Positions 40,297 through 54,570 of a DNA stretch of 64,000 nt are shown piece by piece. Made by a program: the position numbers and the translations under genes. Source of the stretch: the human T2T-CHM13v2.0 reference genome, Homo sapiens; NCBI RefSeq assembly GCF_009914755.1, contig NC_060926.1; one strand, given 5' to 3'. The notes under the pieces were generated by a model. It saw only the letters and a list, made by a program, of their open reading frames with translations, did no database searches and had not been told where the DNA came from. Within the stretch, counting starts at the first letter, position 1; the number at the start of each line of letters is the position of its first letter.

Positions 40297-41143
40297 TGAT
40301 ACCTATAAACAAATAAGTATCTGAGAAAAGTCTCAATCACTTTAGAAATTTATTTGGTCAAAGTTAAAGAAATATCAGTGAAACAGCCTCAGGAGGTCTT
40401 GAGAATGTGTGTCAAAGGTCGTCGGGCTACAGGTTGGTTTTACACGTTTTAGGGAGACATAAGATATCAATCAATACGTGTAAGCTGTACATTGCTTTGA
40501 TATGGAAAGGCATGACAGCCCGAAGGAGGGGGGATGTTGGGGACTTCCAGGTCATAGGTGGATTCAAAGATTTCATAGGTGGTTGAAAGAGTTTATCTAA
40601 TGACCTGTAATCAACACAAGGGAGTTTCTGGGTTTAGAAAAAGGGTTTTGGAGCCAAGGTTGCATCATGCAGATGAAGCCTCCAGGTAGCAGGCTTCAGA
40701 GAGAATAGATTGTAATTGTTTCTTAGTAGACTTAAAAGGTGCCAAACTCTTAGTTAAATCTCTCTGGGTCAGGAAAGAGATTTAAAAAGGAATCTCTACA
40801 GAATGTAGATTTTTCCCACAAGAACCAGCTTTGCAGAGGCATTTTTAAATACATTAAATAACAATAGCTTGGGGAAAATACTTTGATTTCTCTTAGGACG
40901 TGGTATCTGTCACATTGGTATCTTATTGCTATGAAGAGTTTTCTTTGTCAGTCTCAAGGTCTCTGTCTTCATATTAAAAGCTGGTCAGTTGTGCCTGAAT
41001 TTTAAAGGGAAGAGGGTAAGTTAAGGCATATCCAATCATCCGTTCCGATCATGGACTGCATTGTATTTCAGATTGTGTCCTTGGTTGAGAGGAGGAGTTC
41101 ATTCAGTTGGTTAGGGAGCTTAGAGTTTCATTTTTGGTTTACA
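40297..41143 (-). mobile_element. MER4-group ERV1 solo LTR
   Basis: ttttagggagacataagatatcaatcaatac, atgcagatgaagcctccaggtagcaggcttcagagagaatagattg, terminal ttttggtttaca. Confidence 0.8.
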
Positions 41144-42749
41144 CACCTATGTCCAGGTAAGAGCGCCCCACACAGGAGGGTTTGCTCAGAACCTGGCTTG
41201 CAGGGCTGCTTACAGACCTTCTATGTCTCCTGTTGTCATGCACAAGGAAGGACACAGCCAATGACAACCCTCAGCCATCCGGGGAGAAGCTGTGTCTGCA
41301 GAGGACGGTCATGAGCTGTGAGTCTAGAGACCTGTGATTGTCTTCAGGGGCCTGTGGCCCTCAGCTTTCATAGGAGTTGTGGGGGCACTGGCTCAAATAG
41401 CATCCACCAGGATTCTAATCAGAATAGCTCATTCACAGAAGGCAGTGGGTGATATGACAGCACAGAGGGACTCTGTGGGGCCAGCTGCATGGAGCACTCT
41501 GGGAGAGTCACTGGCACCCGTGCTAGACAGATCTTCATTCAACTTCTGGAGCACACGGATTTAGATCTCTTTACATCATTTTGAAAGACCATTTATCATT
41601 CTGAAGGAAACCACTGTAATTAACTAAGGTAACATCTTTAATAGGTAGAAAGAAAAAAGTGATTATTTTATTGCCAAGATGATTACAAGAAAAGAAACAA
41701 ACAAAAATAGCATGAAGGAAAGAGCAACACTAGACTGAGGGCTTTGGGTAAGAGGTTGAGACTTAGTAGTGAATGCCCTGGGCCATCTTCTGTCAAAAGG
41801 GAGGGACAATCAGCAAAGGGAAATATGTAGTAGAGGCAAAATCTTGGTTAGTAAAAGAATCCTAAGAGAAAACAAGAAGTCTCCTTCCTGAGCATCATGT
41901 TGGTGTCGGGAAGATGCACATAATCCCCCCATTGCATGTCTTACACTTTTCAGCAATTAGGGCTCAGCATGAATTTAGAAGACACCATTCACTTCACAGC
42001 AGATGGGGACACAGTCAAGGCAGCGGTGAGAGGCAAGGCTGGGCTTTCAGTCTCAGAGCACAGAGCAGGTTCCCCACTACTCCGCACCCTGGTGTCTCCT
42101 CCCAGATGTTCCAGATGTTCCACCTCATTCTTGCCTTAAGGGCTCCCAGTTGTTAATGGGACAGTAGCCCTCTTCCTTTCCCAGGGTTTCTAAGAATTTG
42201 GCTCTCTTTTGTGTATTGTGGGGTTTGTTTGCCATCTAGAGGCAGGTTTTTGGCATAGCAACTTATAGGCTTTTTCTACTTGTGATAGCGAAAATAAATA
42301 CATAAATAAATTCATCATAAATAATAAATTGACTTAATGCATTCAATCTGTAAAAAAAAAAATAAGGTCAGTTTGAGAGCTTAAAAGGAGCCTGATGAGG
42401 TTAAAAAGACAAATTACCTTTAGTAAAGAGCAGTTGGAGCAATAGATGATTCTTTAATCAATGACATTTTAGGAGTAACTATCAAATGGTAAATAAAACT
42501 TGAAATAAGATGATAAACTATAATTTTATATGCAAAAAAAATTTCCAAGAACCATACAAATACATTTTCAGATTAAAACAAACAAAAAATGTGGGTTTAT
42601 CATCATATCCGCTAAATGGAAGATTTCTCAAATGTGTGCTTGGAGCAAAAGTAACACTTATCCCTATTTGAAAGTTCAATATTTTTGAGCTTTCGAAGAA
42701 AACAGCTTTCCCTTCACTCTGTTCCACTCACACTTCTGAGGATGGCCAT

Positions 42750-43352
42750 GGGGCAAAAAGCCGCGGCGGTGGGGGGACAAAAAGCCGGGTCGAGCAAAAA
42801 GCCGCGGCGGCGGCGGGGGGTAAAAAGCCGCGGCAGGCAGAAAGCCGCGGAGGCGGGGGGCAAAAAGCCACGGCGGCGGGGGTGAAAAAGCCGCGGCGGT
42901 GGGTGGGGGGGCAAAAAGCCGCAGCGACAAAAAGCCGCGGCGGGGGGGAAAAAGCCGCGGCAGCGGGGGGGGGGGCGGGGACAAAAAGCCAGGTCGGGCA
43001 AAAAGCCGCAGCAGCGGGGGGTAAAAGCCGCAGCGGGCAGAAAGGCGCGGCGGCGGGGCAAAAAGCCGAGGCCGGCAAAAAGCCGCGGCGGCAGGGGGAA
43101 AAAGCCGCGGCGGCGGGGGTGCAAAAAGCCGCGGTGGGCAAATAACCGCGGCACCGGGGGCGCCAAAAAGTCGCGGAGGGCAAAAAGCCGCGTCGGCGGG
43201 GGGGGCAAAAAGCCGCAGCGGGCAAAAAGCCGCGGCGGCAAAAAGCCACGGCAGTGGGGGTGAAAAAGCCGCGGCGGTGGGGGGGCAAAAAGCCGGGTCG
43301 AGCAAAAAGCCGCGGCGGCGAGGGGGCAAAAAGCCGCGGCGACGCGGGGCAA
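42750..43352. repeat. GC-rich CAAAAAGCCGCGG / GCTTTTTGC pericentromeric tandem array
   Basis: Roughly 25-30 variable units of (G)nCAAAAAGCCGCGGCGG; very CpG-dense with abrupt AT-rich flanks. Confidence 0.92.
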
Positions 43353-45759
43353 AATAGTGGAGACGGGGTAGAAGGCCGGCACAGCTTGGCTTTGCTGGAG
43401 TGTGATATGATAGGAAATGTGCAGCCAAAGACAAAAAAAGATGTAAGTAGGTTTCACTCATTGCAGCCAAGAACCCAGATGTTATCTTGAGGGTTTTAAC
43501 TAATAAGCAGTTTAAATCAGAATGACACATTCTGATTTGATTTTTGTATATTCACATTTGGCAGGCATAGATACCGTTTGAAGAGAAAAAAGTCAGTAGA
43601 TAGAGGTAACAAACTTAAATATGTGCCGAGTCTAGAAACAAGAGACTAGGGGGATAAGGACCTTTCGAAATAAAATGCAAGATTTGACAACTGATTGGCT
43701 GGGGGATGAGGAAAAGGCAGGTCTTTAAGGTCAATCCCTGTTTTGCTTTAAGTTGTTAGGGGGTGGTTTTATCACATATTGTAGAATACGTCATTTCAGT
43801 TTTGAACATCTTGAGTTAAATCGTCCTAACATATCTTACGAATTTGATTTTCTTCCCTGGGAAGCTAATATTTCAAAAACTGAGAGTATATAGATTTCCA
43901 ACTTGTATCCAATTTATAAAACTATCTCTAGGCTGCTGATTTCAGGAGGAGGCTCATGAATATTCTATTTGCAGAGAATATATCAGGAGTTAACATCAGC
44001 CTCAATATTTGTGGACGACCAGTTAACTAAGCCACCTCTTAGTGTATTTAGATGGGAAATCTTAGCTGAAGATATTCAATAATGAACCAACAGTGACTAA
44101 AAAAATTCAATATTTAAGTATATTTCATTGTAATTAATTTGAATTGAAGTAGCCATATACAGTTAGTATTTACTACATTGAACAATGCAAATAAGAGGAA
44201 AAAATTAATAACCATCTCTAATACCACATGCCAAAATCCTCATCAATTTATTCTAGCTAAAGGAGTTGATCAGAAGCAGCAGTTGAAAGCACCAACTAAA
44301 CCAGCTGGGGTTAGTTCACTGTCATTCTCTCAGAACCATCTCTTCTCTGAACAAAACAAGTACAAGAGTTCATTGTGAATCTGCATTCTCCTTGCCTATT
44401 TTAAGGTTTTGATGTTGACACTAATTTGTGAAATCCCTCCTGTGGTGTGATATTTCGTTTTCCTTGCTTTTTGTTAGGACAAGAATGCTTCAGCTCTTAA
44501 TTTAAAATTATGTTTCTCCCTCCTAGGTTGAGCGAACTTAGAATGCATTCTCTGACATATCCAAGTTTTTGTTAATATGAATTTGGGGAAAAAAGCATAC
44601 TTAATTAGCTAAGACTTCTTATTCTAGGCTTGACCCTGTGTTCGACATCTATTGAATTTGTAGTTGCATGGGCTGCTCTCTGACACTGGTTACTGACCTG
44701 GAAGCTATATTAACGTTAGGGGAGGTGGTGTATGAGCATTAGAGGTATCCTTGCAAGGAAGGACTTGTCTTATCTCAATACGTCTTTTTTTTTTGCGCAC
44801 AAGAAAGTCAGTGTTTGAGTCTTCTAAAATCTTCCTATTTCCAAGTTGCAGAGTACCATTGATTCCTAAACAAAGACCTAATTTTTGACTCAGAGACGTG
44901 GCAAGGTAGTGAATCACCATTATAATTTAACAATCTTCAAGATAAAATTATCTCTCTGATATTTAGATTTTGCCCAATTATTAAGATATTTGGGTGTTTC
45001 GTTAAGAATGGAAGACTCTAGTCTCTTGAGCAGAGACTATAAAGGCCTCAGATGATCATTTCTACTTTTATGCTCTTTTCTTTAACACCTTCAACACAGT
45101 TGGAAGCAGCCGATATTCCCCAGAGTTGTTGTGTTTTTTAAACCAAATGCATGGTTTAGTGGTAGAAAACTGGGCTGATCCAAGCTGTTTTCAGTAAACA
45201 CTTCATTTCAGGTGACCTATTTCATATTAAATAATCTCTAGATCCTGTCTTCGAAACTAACTAGATCAGATAACCTACCCTGGATTTTCTCCTTTTAGGG
45301 TCTGTGAGCTGCAGTCACTTTTGTGAAAATGATTGCAATGACAAGATAGAGTTGTAGATGGGGAAAATGTTTTGACTAATTTAAGCATAGTGGCATTTCA
45401 TATGAGAATTTAAGTTACACACATTTGAAAATTATAATGGAGTCTCTTGGCTGAGCTTTAAAAAAAAAATAGCGTTTAGGCTAAACAGGGAACTGCTACC
45501 TCTCCTAAAATCAGAAAGATGTTACAGTAATTCTCCATTCTCTAGAATTATCAGGAAGCACCTTTGCGATGATTTACTTTTGTTCTTGGGAGTGTGAGCC
45601 CGTGTAGTCTTGGAACCATCAATTAGAATGATGGCTTTCTGATCCCAACGTCATTCGTTCTGAAAACAATATTTTTCATAAATTTGAAAGTGAGAAGTTT
45701 TGATCTTGCCACTCCCAAGTAACTCTCTTAATAAGAGGCATCAGCATGCTTCAGTGACA

Positions 45760-46400
45760 GCTGTCACTTTCCAGTGCTGAGAGTCGTCTTTGAGTTCTCC
45801 ATTTCACTCCCTACACTCCAGTTTAGCTGCAGTTCTCTTGGCCAGTCCTATGAAATACATCCATGGCCTAACGACTTCTCACCACTACTACCACTCATCC
45901 TGACAGCATTCTCACCTAAGTCACTACCTTTTTTCTCTGGATTAGAGTAGCCTCCCAATTTATTTGCTCACAAAACCTATTTATTCTACACGGTGCACCA
46001 GATACCACCCCTTTGAAATGCAAACACAATCATGTTATTCTCTGGTTAAATTATCTCATATATTCCTATCGCATTTAAAATTAATTCAGAATAATCCCCT
46101 GATTATCAAAACCCTACATGCTCTTCCACAATATGGTTTACTTCCAAGATATCTCTTCAACTTTTTTTTCACTGTACTGAATTGGTGACTAAAAATCATA
46201 TTTTTGTTTTTGCTCAAAAAGTCTTGACTTGTAAATTTTTCAGTTTCTCCTTTATCCACAGGTAACTCTTTCCTCATAAGGCGAATTGCTTGCTTCCTTG
46301 AGTTCTGCTCTCAAAGATACCCTTCATTTTCTACCTAATATTAATAACTTTAATCATTCATTATTCCATTACTATGCTCTATAGTGTATACAATTTCTGT
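45760..46400 (+). mobile_element. L2 LINE fragment
   Basis: cttctcaccactactaccactc...ctctggattagagtagcctcccaatt, a sense L2 pattern. Confidence 0.55.
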
Positions 46401-46879
46401 TCTTTGTCATGTTATTAACTAAATTATTTATTTGTTCCAGTAACGAATTCCACAAATATTGTACACATAAAAATTATGTTATTTTTATTGCTGTATGCTC
46501 AGCTGCCCAATAACAGTCTGAGGATTAACATATTTGTTAAATGCACAAATACGTTCTTTCACAAATATTAGTTTAATAATTTTATATTAAGCTCCCTCTA
46601 TACTTACAATATGAATTAGATAATTGAGAATAAACATTCCAGTGGAAAAAACTAAACAATTTGTTGTAAAACATCCTTAAAAGCATCAGAAAGTTAATAC
46701 AGCAATGAAGAATTACAGGACCAAATTAAGAATGGTATGGAAGCCTGTTTGTGAGGCTTATGTTTGGGTTATCTCTTTACTTAGAGAGACTATAAATGTC
46801 AAAAGAGGATTAAAGGGAGAAATAACCATATCAACTCACATGGTAAGGGTATGCAAACATCTCTTAGTAATGGAGAAAA

Positions 46880-47027
46880 TTGAAAGAAAAGAAAAAAGAG
46901 AAAGGGAGAAAGAGAAACAGAGCGAAAGGGATAATGAAGGAGAGAAAGAAGAAGAGAAGGGAAGAGGAAGAAAAGTAAAAAGGAGGAGGAGGGAGAGGGA
47001 GGAAGAAAGAAAGGTGAAAAGAAAGAA
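46880..47027. repeat. GA-rich low-complexity tract
   Basis: Near-pure purine run of ~150 bp. Confidence 0.85.
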
Positions 47028-48624
47028 TGCTAAAGTTTTCAACAACATAATTTATCCTTCCAGAATATGAATGTCGGTCTGTTTGATGATGTCCCACAGA
47101 TTCCTTAGTCTCTGCTCATTTTTTATCTGTTTCTCAGAGTCAATATTTTCCATTTTCTTATCTTCAAGCTCATGACTTCTTCTGTGTGTGCAAATATACT
47201 CTTAAATCCCTCTGGTGATTTTTAAATTTTTATCGTTGTAGTTTTCCACTCCAGAATTTCTGCTATCTCTGTTGATATTCCTACTTTTTAATATTTTTTC
47301 TGAATCCTTTATTTCTTTGTTTATGTTTTCCTTGTGACATTTGAGTATAATTAAGAGAGTTGTTTTAAAGTCTTTGTCTAGTAAGTTTGAAGTCTGGGTT
47401 TCCATAGAGATATTTTCTGTCAGTTTGTTTTGTTCCTTTGAATGAGCCATACTTTCCCATTCTTTGTATGCCTTGTAACTTTTTTTGAAAACTGGGCATT
47501 ATAATAATTATAATTACTATGTGGTTACTCTGTGAATCAGACCCTCCCCCACAAACACAGTAATGTTTTGGGGTTTTAAATTTTCTTTACTTATTATATT
47601 GTTAAGGTTTTTTTTTTAGTGAAATTTTCCAAAGTGATTTACAAAACTGTTTGCTTTATAAGGTGTGGTCATGGAAGTCTTTTTGTTTCCTTAACAAATG
47701 TTAAGCTAATGTTTTGACAGTGATTTTCTTGTATGTCAGGAAGTAAGCAAGCAGGCAAATACAACAAAAACAAAAAGAAAAACAAGTAATCATTGTCCAG
47801 CAAAATATGTCTCTAGGCCATGCAGACTGGCTTTGTGCTGGGTTCTTTAAAGCCGGCACAAAGTGTGTGTTCACTCTTGCACTGAGTGAAGTTCAAGTTC
47901 ACTCTTGCACAGAGCTTGCACTGAGGGGAGGGATCGGCCAAGGTAAAAGTGTAGGGTCTTCTTATGACATTTGTCAGCATGTGGCTTAACCTGTGCATAC
48001 ATGTGACTTTCTAGACTCTCCCATGTACGTGAATGATTTTGAATGTCTTAGTTTTCCAAATACTCTTCTCCAACTTTTCTTCCTGTGCTGAAGGTGATCT
48101 ACTATATGTGTAAACTCTAATTTTTGCCCTAAGCATCTGTGGTTTGTTAGGTCTCCTTGCAGAGTTTCTCGATAATGTCCATTCCTTATCTGTTCTGTAT
48201 TCTAGCAACACAGAAAAACAAAAGCCTTTCATGAGTCCTTTAGGTATCCCCCAGACCAGTCAGAACAGACACATAGTAATTTGCGAGTAAGATCTTCTCT
48301 TGTTCCTTTGGACCATGGACCAGTGTTCCTCACTGGGAACGTGGGCTCCTGACACTTCAAAACTGCCAATTTGCTGGGGCAAAGGCAAGTTAAAAATGTC
48401 ATAAAGTTTTCAAGTTGTCTTTTTCTTGAGTCTGCTTTCACTCGGTTGTTGTAATCTTTTGACTATTTTCCAGAGTTTTGGCAAAGTTTATTCGGACAGT
48501 TTCTCTTAGTTGTGTGATGTTTCTGTGGGGAAATGAAAGATTGCAGCTGTCTCCACTGCCATTTTGCTGATGCTCCTCTTTTGTCAATTTTTGCTTCATG
48601 TTATTATGCTTTGTTATTAGTTCA

Positions 48625-49040
48625 TGTATTAGTTTTCTAGGGCTGCCATAACCAAGTAACACAAACTGGGTGCCATGAACAACATACATTTATAGTCTTA
48701 TAGTCCTGGAAGCTAAAAGTCTGAGATTGAGGTGTCAGCAGGGATGGTCCCTTCCAGGGCTATGAGAGAAAGCCTGTTCTATGCCTTGTTTCTCGCTTCT
48801 GATGGTTTAGTGGCAGTCTTTGGCATTCCTTGGCTAATCTCTGCCCTCATAATCACATGGTACTCTCCCTGTGTGTATGTCTCCCTCTACTCAAAGTTCT
48901 TCTTTTAATAAGGACATCAGTCATACTGAATTCAGGCTCATCTGATTGTATCTTAACTTGATCAGCTGCAAAGAACTTATTTCCTAATGAGGTCATATTC
49001 AGTGGTTAGAATTGCAGCATCTATATAGAGGAAACAATTT
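48625..49040 (-). mobile_element. MLT1-family MaLR LTR
   Basis: tgtattagttttctagggctgccataaccaagtaacacaaactgggtg...ttcctaatgaggtcatattc. Confidence 0.85.
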
Positions 49041-49841
49041 AGCTCATATCTGTGCATACATGATTGTAATAGCTATGTCTTCCTAAAGCGTTGACCCCCT
49101 TTTTACTACAATATAAATTTTTAAAATCCTATTCACATTTTTAATAGTCTATATTGTGTGTTATGAGTATAATGAGTTCAGTGTTCTTATGATTGCTCTT
49201 TGCATGATATTTTTTGTCATCTTTTTACTTTCAATCCATTAGTATCCTTGCATCTCAGCGTATATTGGGATCACTTGTTTTAATCCAGTCTGACAATCTC
49301 TGCCTCTGGAATGGATTTTAATCTGCTCACATTTAAGATTATAATTGGTATAATTCTATTTATGTCTGCCATTTTACCGTTTGTTTTATATATTTCTCAA
49401 ATATTTTTCTTTATTGCTTTATTTTGCAATGAAAGAATATTTTCTAAAATAGGGAACTTTAGATTACTAATGAATTATTTTATTATATATTTTTGGGAAT
49501 GTTTGTTGTTGTTGTAAGTTTACCATATAGGTATATGGAAAATTAATTATTCAAATCATCTTCCAATTTATACTAGTAAACTTTTAGTAATACATAGAAA
49601 CATCATTCTTATATAAATCTCTTTTATTTCCTCCATTTTAAAGTATTATCACTTTACACATTACATCTATTAAAGTTACAAAGCCAACAATACATTTTAG
49701 TAATTATTACTTTACCATCTAGAGTGATTACCTTATCACAATACATTTTTCTTCCAACTACCTCCTTTTTGATGTTACTGGAAAATATGTTATAGACGTA
49801 TTACATTTCTACATGTCAAAAACTCAGCAATACATTATGCA

Positions 49842-50143
49842 CATATTATTATTATTATCATTGAGACGGAGTCTCCCTCTGTCACCCAGGCTGGAGTGCA
49901 GTGGCACAATCTCCGCTCACTGCAAGCTCCATTTCCCGGCTTCATGCCATTTTTCTGCTTCAGCCTCCCGAGTAGCTGAGACTACAGGCGCCCGCCATCA
50001 CGTCCGGCTCATTTTTTGTATTTTTAGTAGAAACGGGGTTTCACTGTGTTAGCCAGGATGGTCTCGATCTCCTGGCCTCGTAATACGCCCGCCTTGGCCT
50101 CCCAAAGTGCTGAGATTACAGGTGTGAGCCATCGTGCCCGGCC
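49842..50143 (-). mobile_element. AluY with (ATT)n tail
   Basis: AluY diagnostic positions; degenerate TSD cattatgcacat / cattatacacgt. Confidence 0.92.
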
Positions 50144-51799
50144 ATTATACACGTTATTTAATAAACAATTTATGATAAAGAGAAAAAATGCATTTTTACT
50201 GTCTTTTATAATGTCAATATTACCTATACCAGTGCTTTTTTAAAAATGTGGATTCAAGCGACTGTCTTCTGTAACTTGCTTTTAGCCTTAGGAATTTATT
50301 TTAGAGTTTTTTTTTTAACGTGGTAGGTCTGCCAGCAACAACTTCAGTTAATATTTCTGTTTATCTGGGTAAGTCTTTGTGTTATCTTCATTTTTGAAAA
50401 ATAATTGCTGGATAAGGAATTCGTGGCTGAGAGTTTCTTTTCCTTTGCATCTTTTGAATATATTATTCTACTGCCTCTTGCCTTCCATTGTTTCTCTTAA
50501 GTCAGCTGTTAATCTTACAAAACATAGGTGCTCAAAAAATAAACATGTGCATGAATATTTACAGCAGTAATATTCATACAGTCAAAAAGTGGAAACAATC
50601 CATATGCTTGTTGACTCATAAATGGACACCAAATTTTCAGCTATAACAAAGAATGAAGTACTTATATATGGTATAATATTGGTGAAATTTGAAAGCATTA
50701 TGTTAAGTGCACAAAAGGACAAATATCACTTGATTTTATTCACATGAAACATCAGGAATTGGCAAATCAATTGGGATGTAAATTAGATTAGTGGTCATTA
50801 GGGCTCAGGGAAGCAGAATAGGGTGTAACAACTTTATGCATAATGGGTTTTTGGAAGGGACATGATGAAATTGCCCTGGAACATTGTGAATATACTAAAA
50901 GCAAGTGCATTGTATGCTTTAAAATGGTTGTTATTAATTTTATATTATGTGATTTTTACCTTAAAAAAAGAGAAAATAGCCTTACTCTATACATAATAAA
51001 CTCAAGATATGTTACAAATTTACATGTGAAATCCGAAATACTATAATATTTAAGGAATAGCTAAGTAGAATAACACTGAAATTTAACATAATGAAACATT
51101 TCCTTAAAAAAGAAAAAAGCACAGTAATTAAAAAGGAAAATAATATTTTTTCTCTCCATTAAGCATGCCATTAACTGAGTAAAAGAATCAAGCTGCAATT
51201 ATGTAAACTACGTTTTCTAAAACCATAAAGAAAAGAAGAAATAAAAAGGTATTTGGGAAAAAAATCCAAAGGTACAGTCAACTACACAAAAAAAGCTTAG
51301 TCTCATTAATCATTATGAAAATGCAAATGGTAACTGAAAGAAGATAAAACTACAATTCAAAGAGAAAGCCTAAAATTTCAACCCCCCAAAAAGTCTGGGT
51401 TTTGGAGATCTGGGATGGAATAGGGTTCCTAACCTGACAACAATGAAAGAACCAAACTAACCTCAAAGTCATGACTTTATTTTTATAGCAACGAGGTTGC
51501 CAAGAACTGAGTCAAAATGTGAGGGAAAACAAGCACCTGCAAGGAGAAAGAGGACAGATGCACTTACATAGGACAGATGCAAATAGACACCACTATGACA
51601 AGTAAAGCTGGAATAATCAATAAATTCCTAAAGACAAAGTGGGGCTGGTCAGATTGGGAGACGGCTGACAGCTGCAGAAGTTGGGAAAGATCCATCATCT
51701 TGAAAACTTTTTCTCCACAAACCCACTGTGATCTCTCAAGCAATTGGTAAGGAATCCAAGAGAGTCTGTATATGACACAGATCAGGGAGAGCAGAACAC

Positions 51800-52078
51800 T
51801 TGGGAGGTGACCAGGTCTTGGGGGCCGAGCCCTTATGAATCGGATTAGTGCCTTTATAAAAGAAGCTCAATGGAGTTCTTGTGTGCCTTCCACTATGTGA
51901 GGACATAGAAAGAAGGCACCATCTATGAACCATGAAATGGGCTCTCATCAACACTGAATTTGTGAGCATCTTGACCTGAGATCTTACAGCCTCAAGAAGT
52001 ATGAAAAAAGAAATATCTGTTGTTTTTTAGTCACCCAGTTTATGTTATTTTGTTATAAGAGTCCAAATAGACCAAGAT
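51800..52078 (+). mobile_element. MLT1A-type MaLR LTR fragment
   Basis: gagcccttatgaatcggattagtgcctttataaaaga...ttttgttataagagtccaaatagaccaagata. Confidence 0.75.
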
Positions 52079-53019
52079 ATTCCACTTAATATGTAGGGGA
52101 AGGCAACAAAAACTGCCACACTTAGAATACTCCTGATGCTGGGAGTATGAAAACAGGAAAAACAAAAACAAAACTGCTCTTGAAGGTGAAGGAGGAATAT
52201 CACTGAGCTCACCAACACAGCCAGGAAAAGAACAGAAGTGTGAGAAGGCTACATTCCTGAGACCCTGAGAAAAAGTAACCTGCATAAGACAGAGATGAAA
52301 TTACCTACTCTAGTTATGATTGAAATCCCAAAAAGAAAACAGGGAAAAATAATGGAGCAAAAGAAATATTTTTCAAAATAACTGCCAAAAATATTCTAAA
52401 AGAAGTGACAGAAAATCAAACTTCAGATATAGGAAACTCAGAGAATGTCAAATAGAACAAAAAGAAATAAGAATTCCATCTTGAAAAATCTTTGAAAAAT
52501 CTTTAAAAAATCAAGTCTAAATTTTATATCTTGCTCCAAATATATAGAGATATAAATAGGTTATCATCAAGATATGGAGAAAGCCATATCATGGAAACAC
52601 TAAAATAAGGCTGTGGAAGGACTACATTGATATTAGACACAACAGAGTTCGGAACAAGAAATAGTATCAGAGATGAGAGACAATAGATAATAGAATAATC
52701 AATTCTCAAGAAGATGTAAACATCCTACTAATTAGGGTATGCAGCTAACAACAGAGCCTCCAAATACGTGAGGTAAAACACGAAAGAAATCAAAGGTGAA
52801 CTAGAAAAATCCAAAATTATATTTGCAGACTTCAACACTTTTGTCTTAGTAATGGAAAGACTAGGCACAAACTCAGTAATCATGTGGAAGATAAGAACAA
52901 CAGTATCACCAACAAGACATCCAATCTTCAATGGCAGATACTCTTTCCTTTCAAGTGAAAAAAAAAAAAAACAGTATGGCATATTCTCTAACAAACACAG
53001 AATTTCTAATATTTGCGGT

Positions 53020-53645
53020 TTTCCTTCCTTCTTTCCATCTTCCTTTGTCTTCTCTTCCCTTCCCTTGCCTTCTTCCTTCCTTTCTTCTTTTCCTCTTCCT
53101 TTTTTCTTTTTTCTTTTCCTTTCTTTCTTTTTCTTTTTTCTCCTTCCTTCCTTCTTTCCTTCTTCCCTCTTATTCTTCCTTCCCTCCTCCCTCCCTTCCT
53201 TTCTCCCTCCCTTTTCTTCCTTCTTTTCTCGTATTCTTTCTTTCTTTCTCACGTTCTTGCTTTCTTTCCTTTTTTCTCCCTTCCTCCCGCCCTCCTTTTC
53301 TTCCTTCCTCCCTCCCTTCCTTTCCTCTTTTTCCCTCCTTCCTTCCTTCGCCTCTTTATTTTCTTTGTTTCATTGCCTTCCTCCCTTTTACCATTCTCTC
53401 TTCCTCCTTTTCTTCCTCCCTTCCTCCTTTCTTTCTTTCTCTCTTTCTCTTTCTTTCTTTCTTTCCTTCCTTCTTTCTTTCTTGTGTTCATGTTTTCTTT
53501 TTTCTCCCTTCCTGCCTTTCTCCCTTCCTCCCTCCCTCCCTTCCTTCCCTCATTTCCTCCTTCTTTTCCCTCTTTTTTCTTTATTTCCTTCCTTCTTTCC
53601 TTCCTTCTTTTTCTTTCTTTGTTTTCTTTTCTTTCTTTCTCTTTA
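53020..53645. repeat. Long polypyrimidine (CT-rich) tract
   Basis: About 620 bp of almost only C/T (TTCC, TTTC, CCTC units). Confidence 0.95.
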
Positions 53646-53734
53646 CTACAATTCATATTATTTTAAAAAAATTAAGACAGGGAGACAGAAAAATAAAGAA
53701 CGCTTTAATCTGCAGGTTAAATAGATTATGTCTG

Positions 53735-54570
<836 letters not shown>

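Larger units (their letters stand above)
47060..50970 (-). mobile_element. Old L1M fragments (mostly antisense) with MLT1 and AluY insertions
   Basis: ORF1-like ORF 47202-47450 (LLDKDFKTTLL); antisense L1 motifs ttaatccagtctgacaatctctg and tcatttttgaaaaataattgctggata. Confidence 0.65.

Noticed and set aside
41150-42200. Possible third V-kappa relic or promoter (tgcagctg motif)
   Set aside because: No FR1/FR3 pattern, octamer or RSS could be aligned on either strand.
42750-43352. CRISPR-like repeat-spacer appearance
   Set aside because: Eukaryotic DNA; the 'spacers' are short G/C-run variants rather than unique sequences, and there are no cas genes.
42676-43530. Long ORFs (up to 284 aa) across the GC-rich array
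   Set aside because: Stop-free frames are an artefact of the tandem repeat; the peptides are low-complexity and occur in several frames on both strands.
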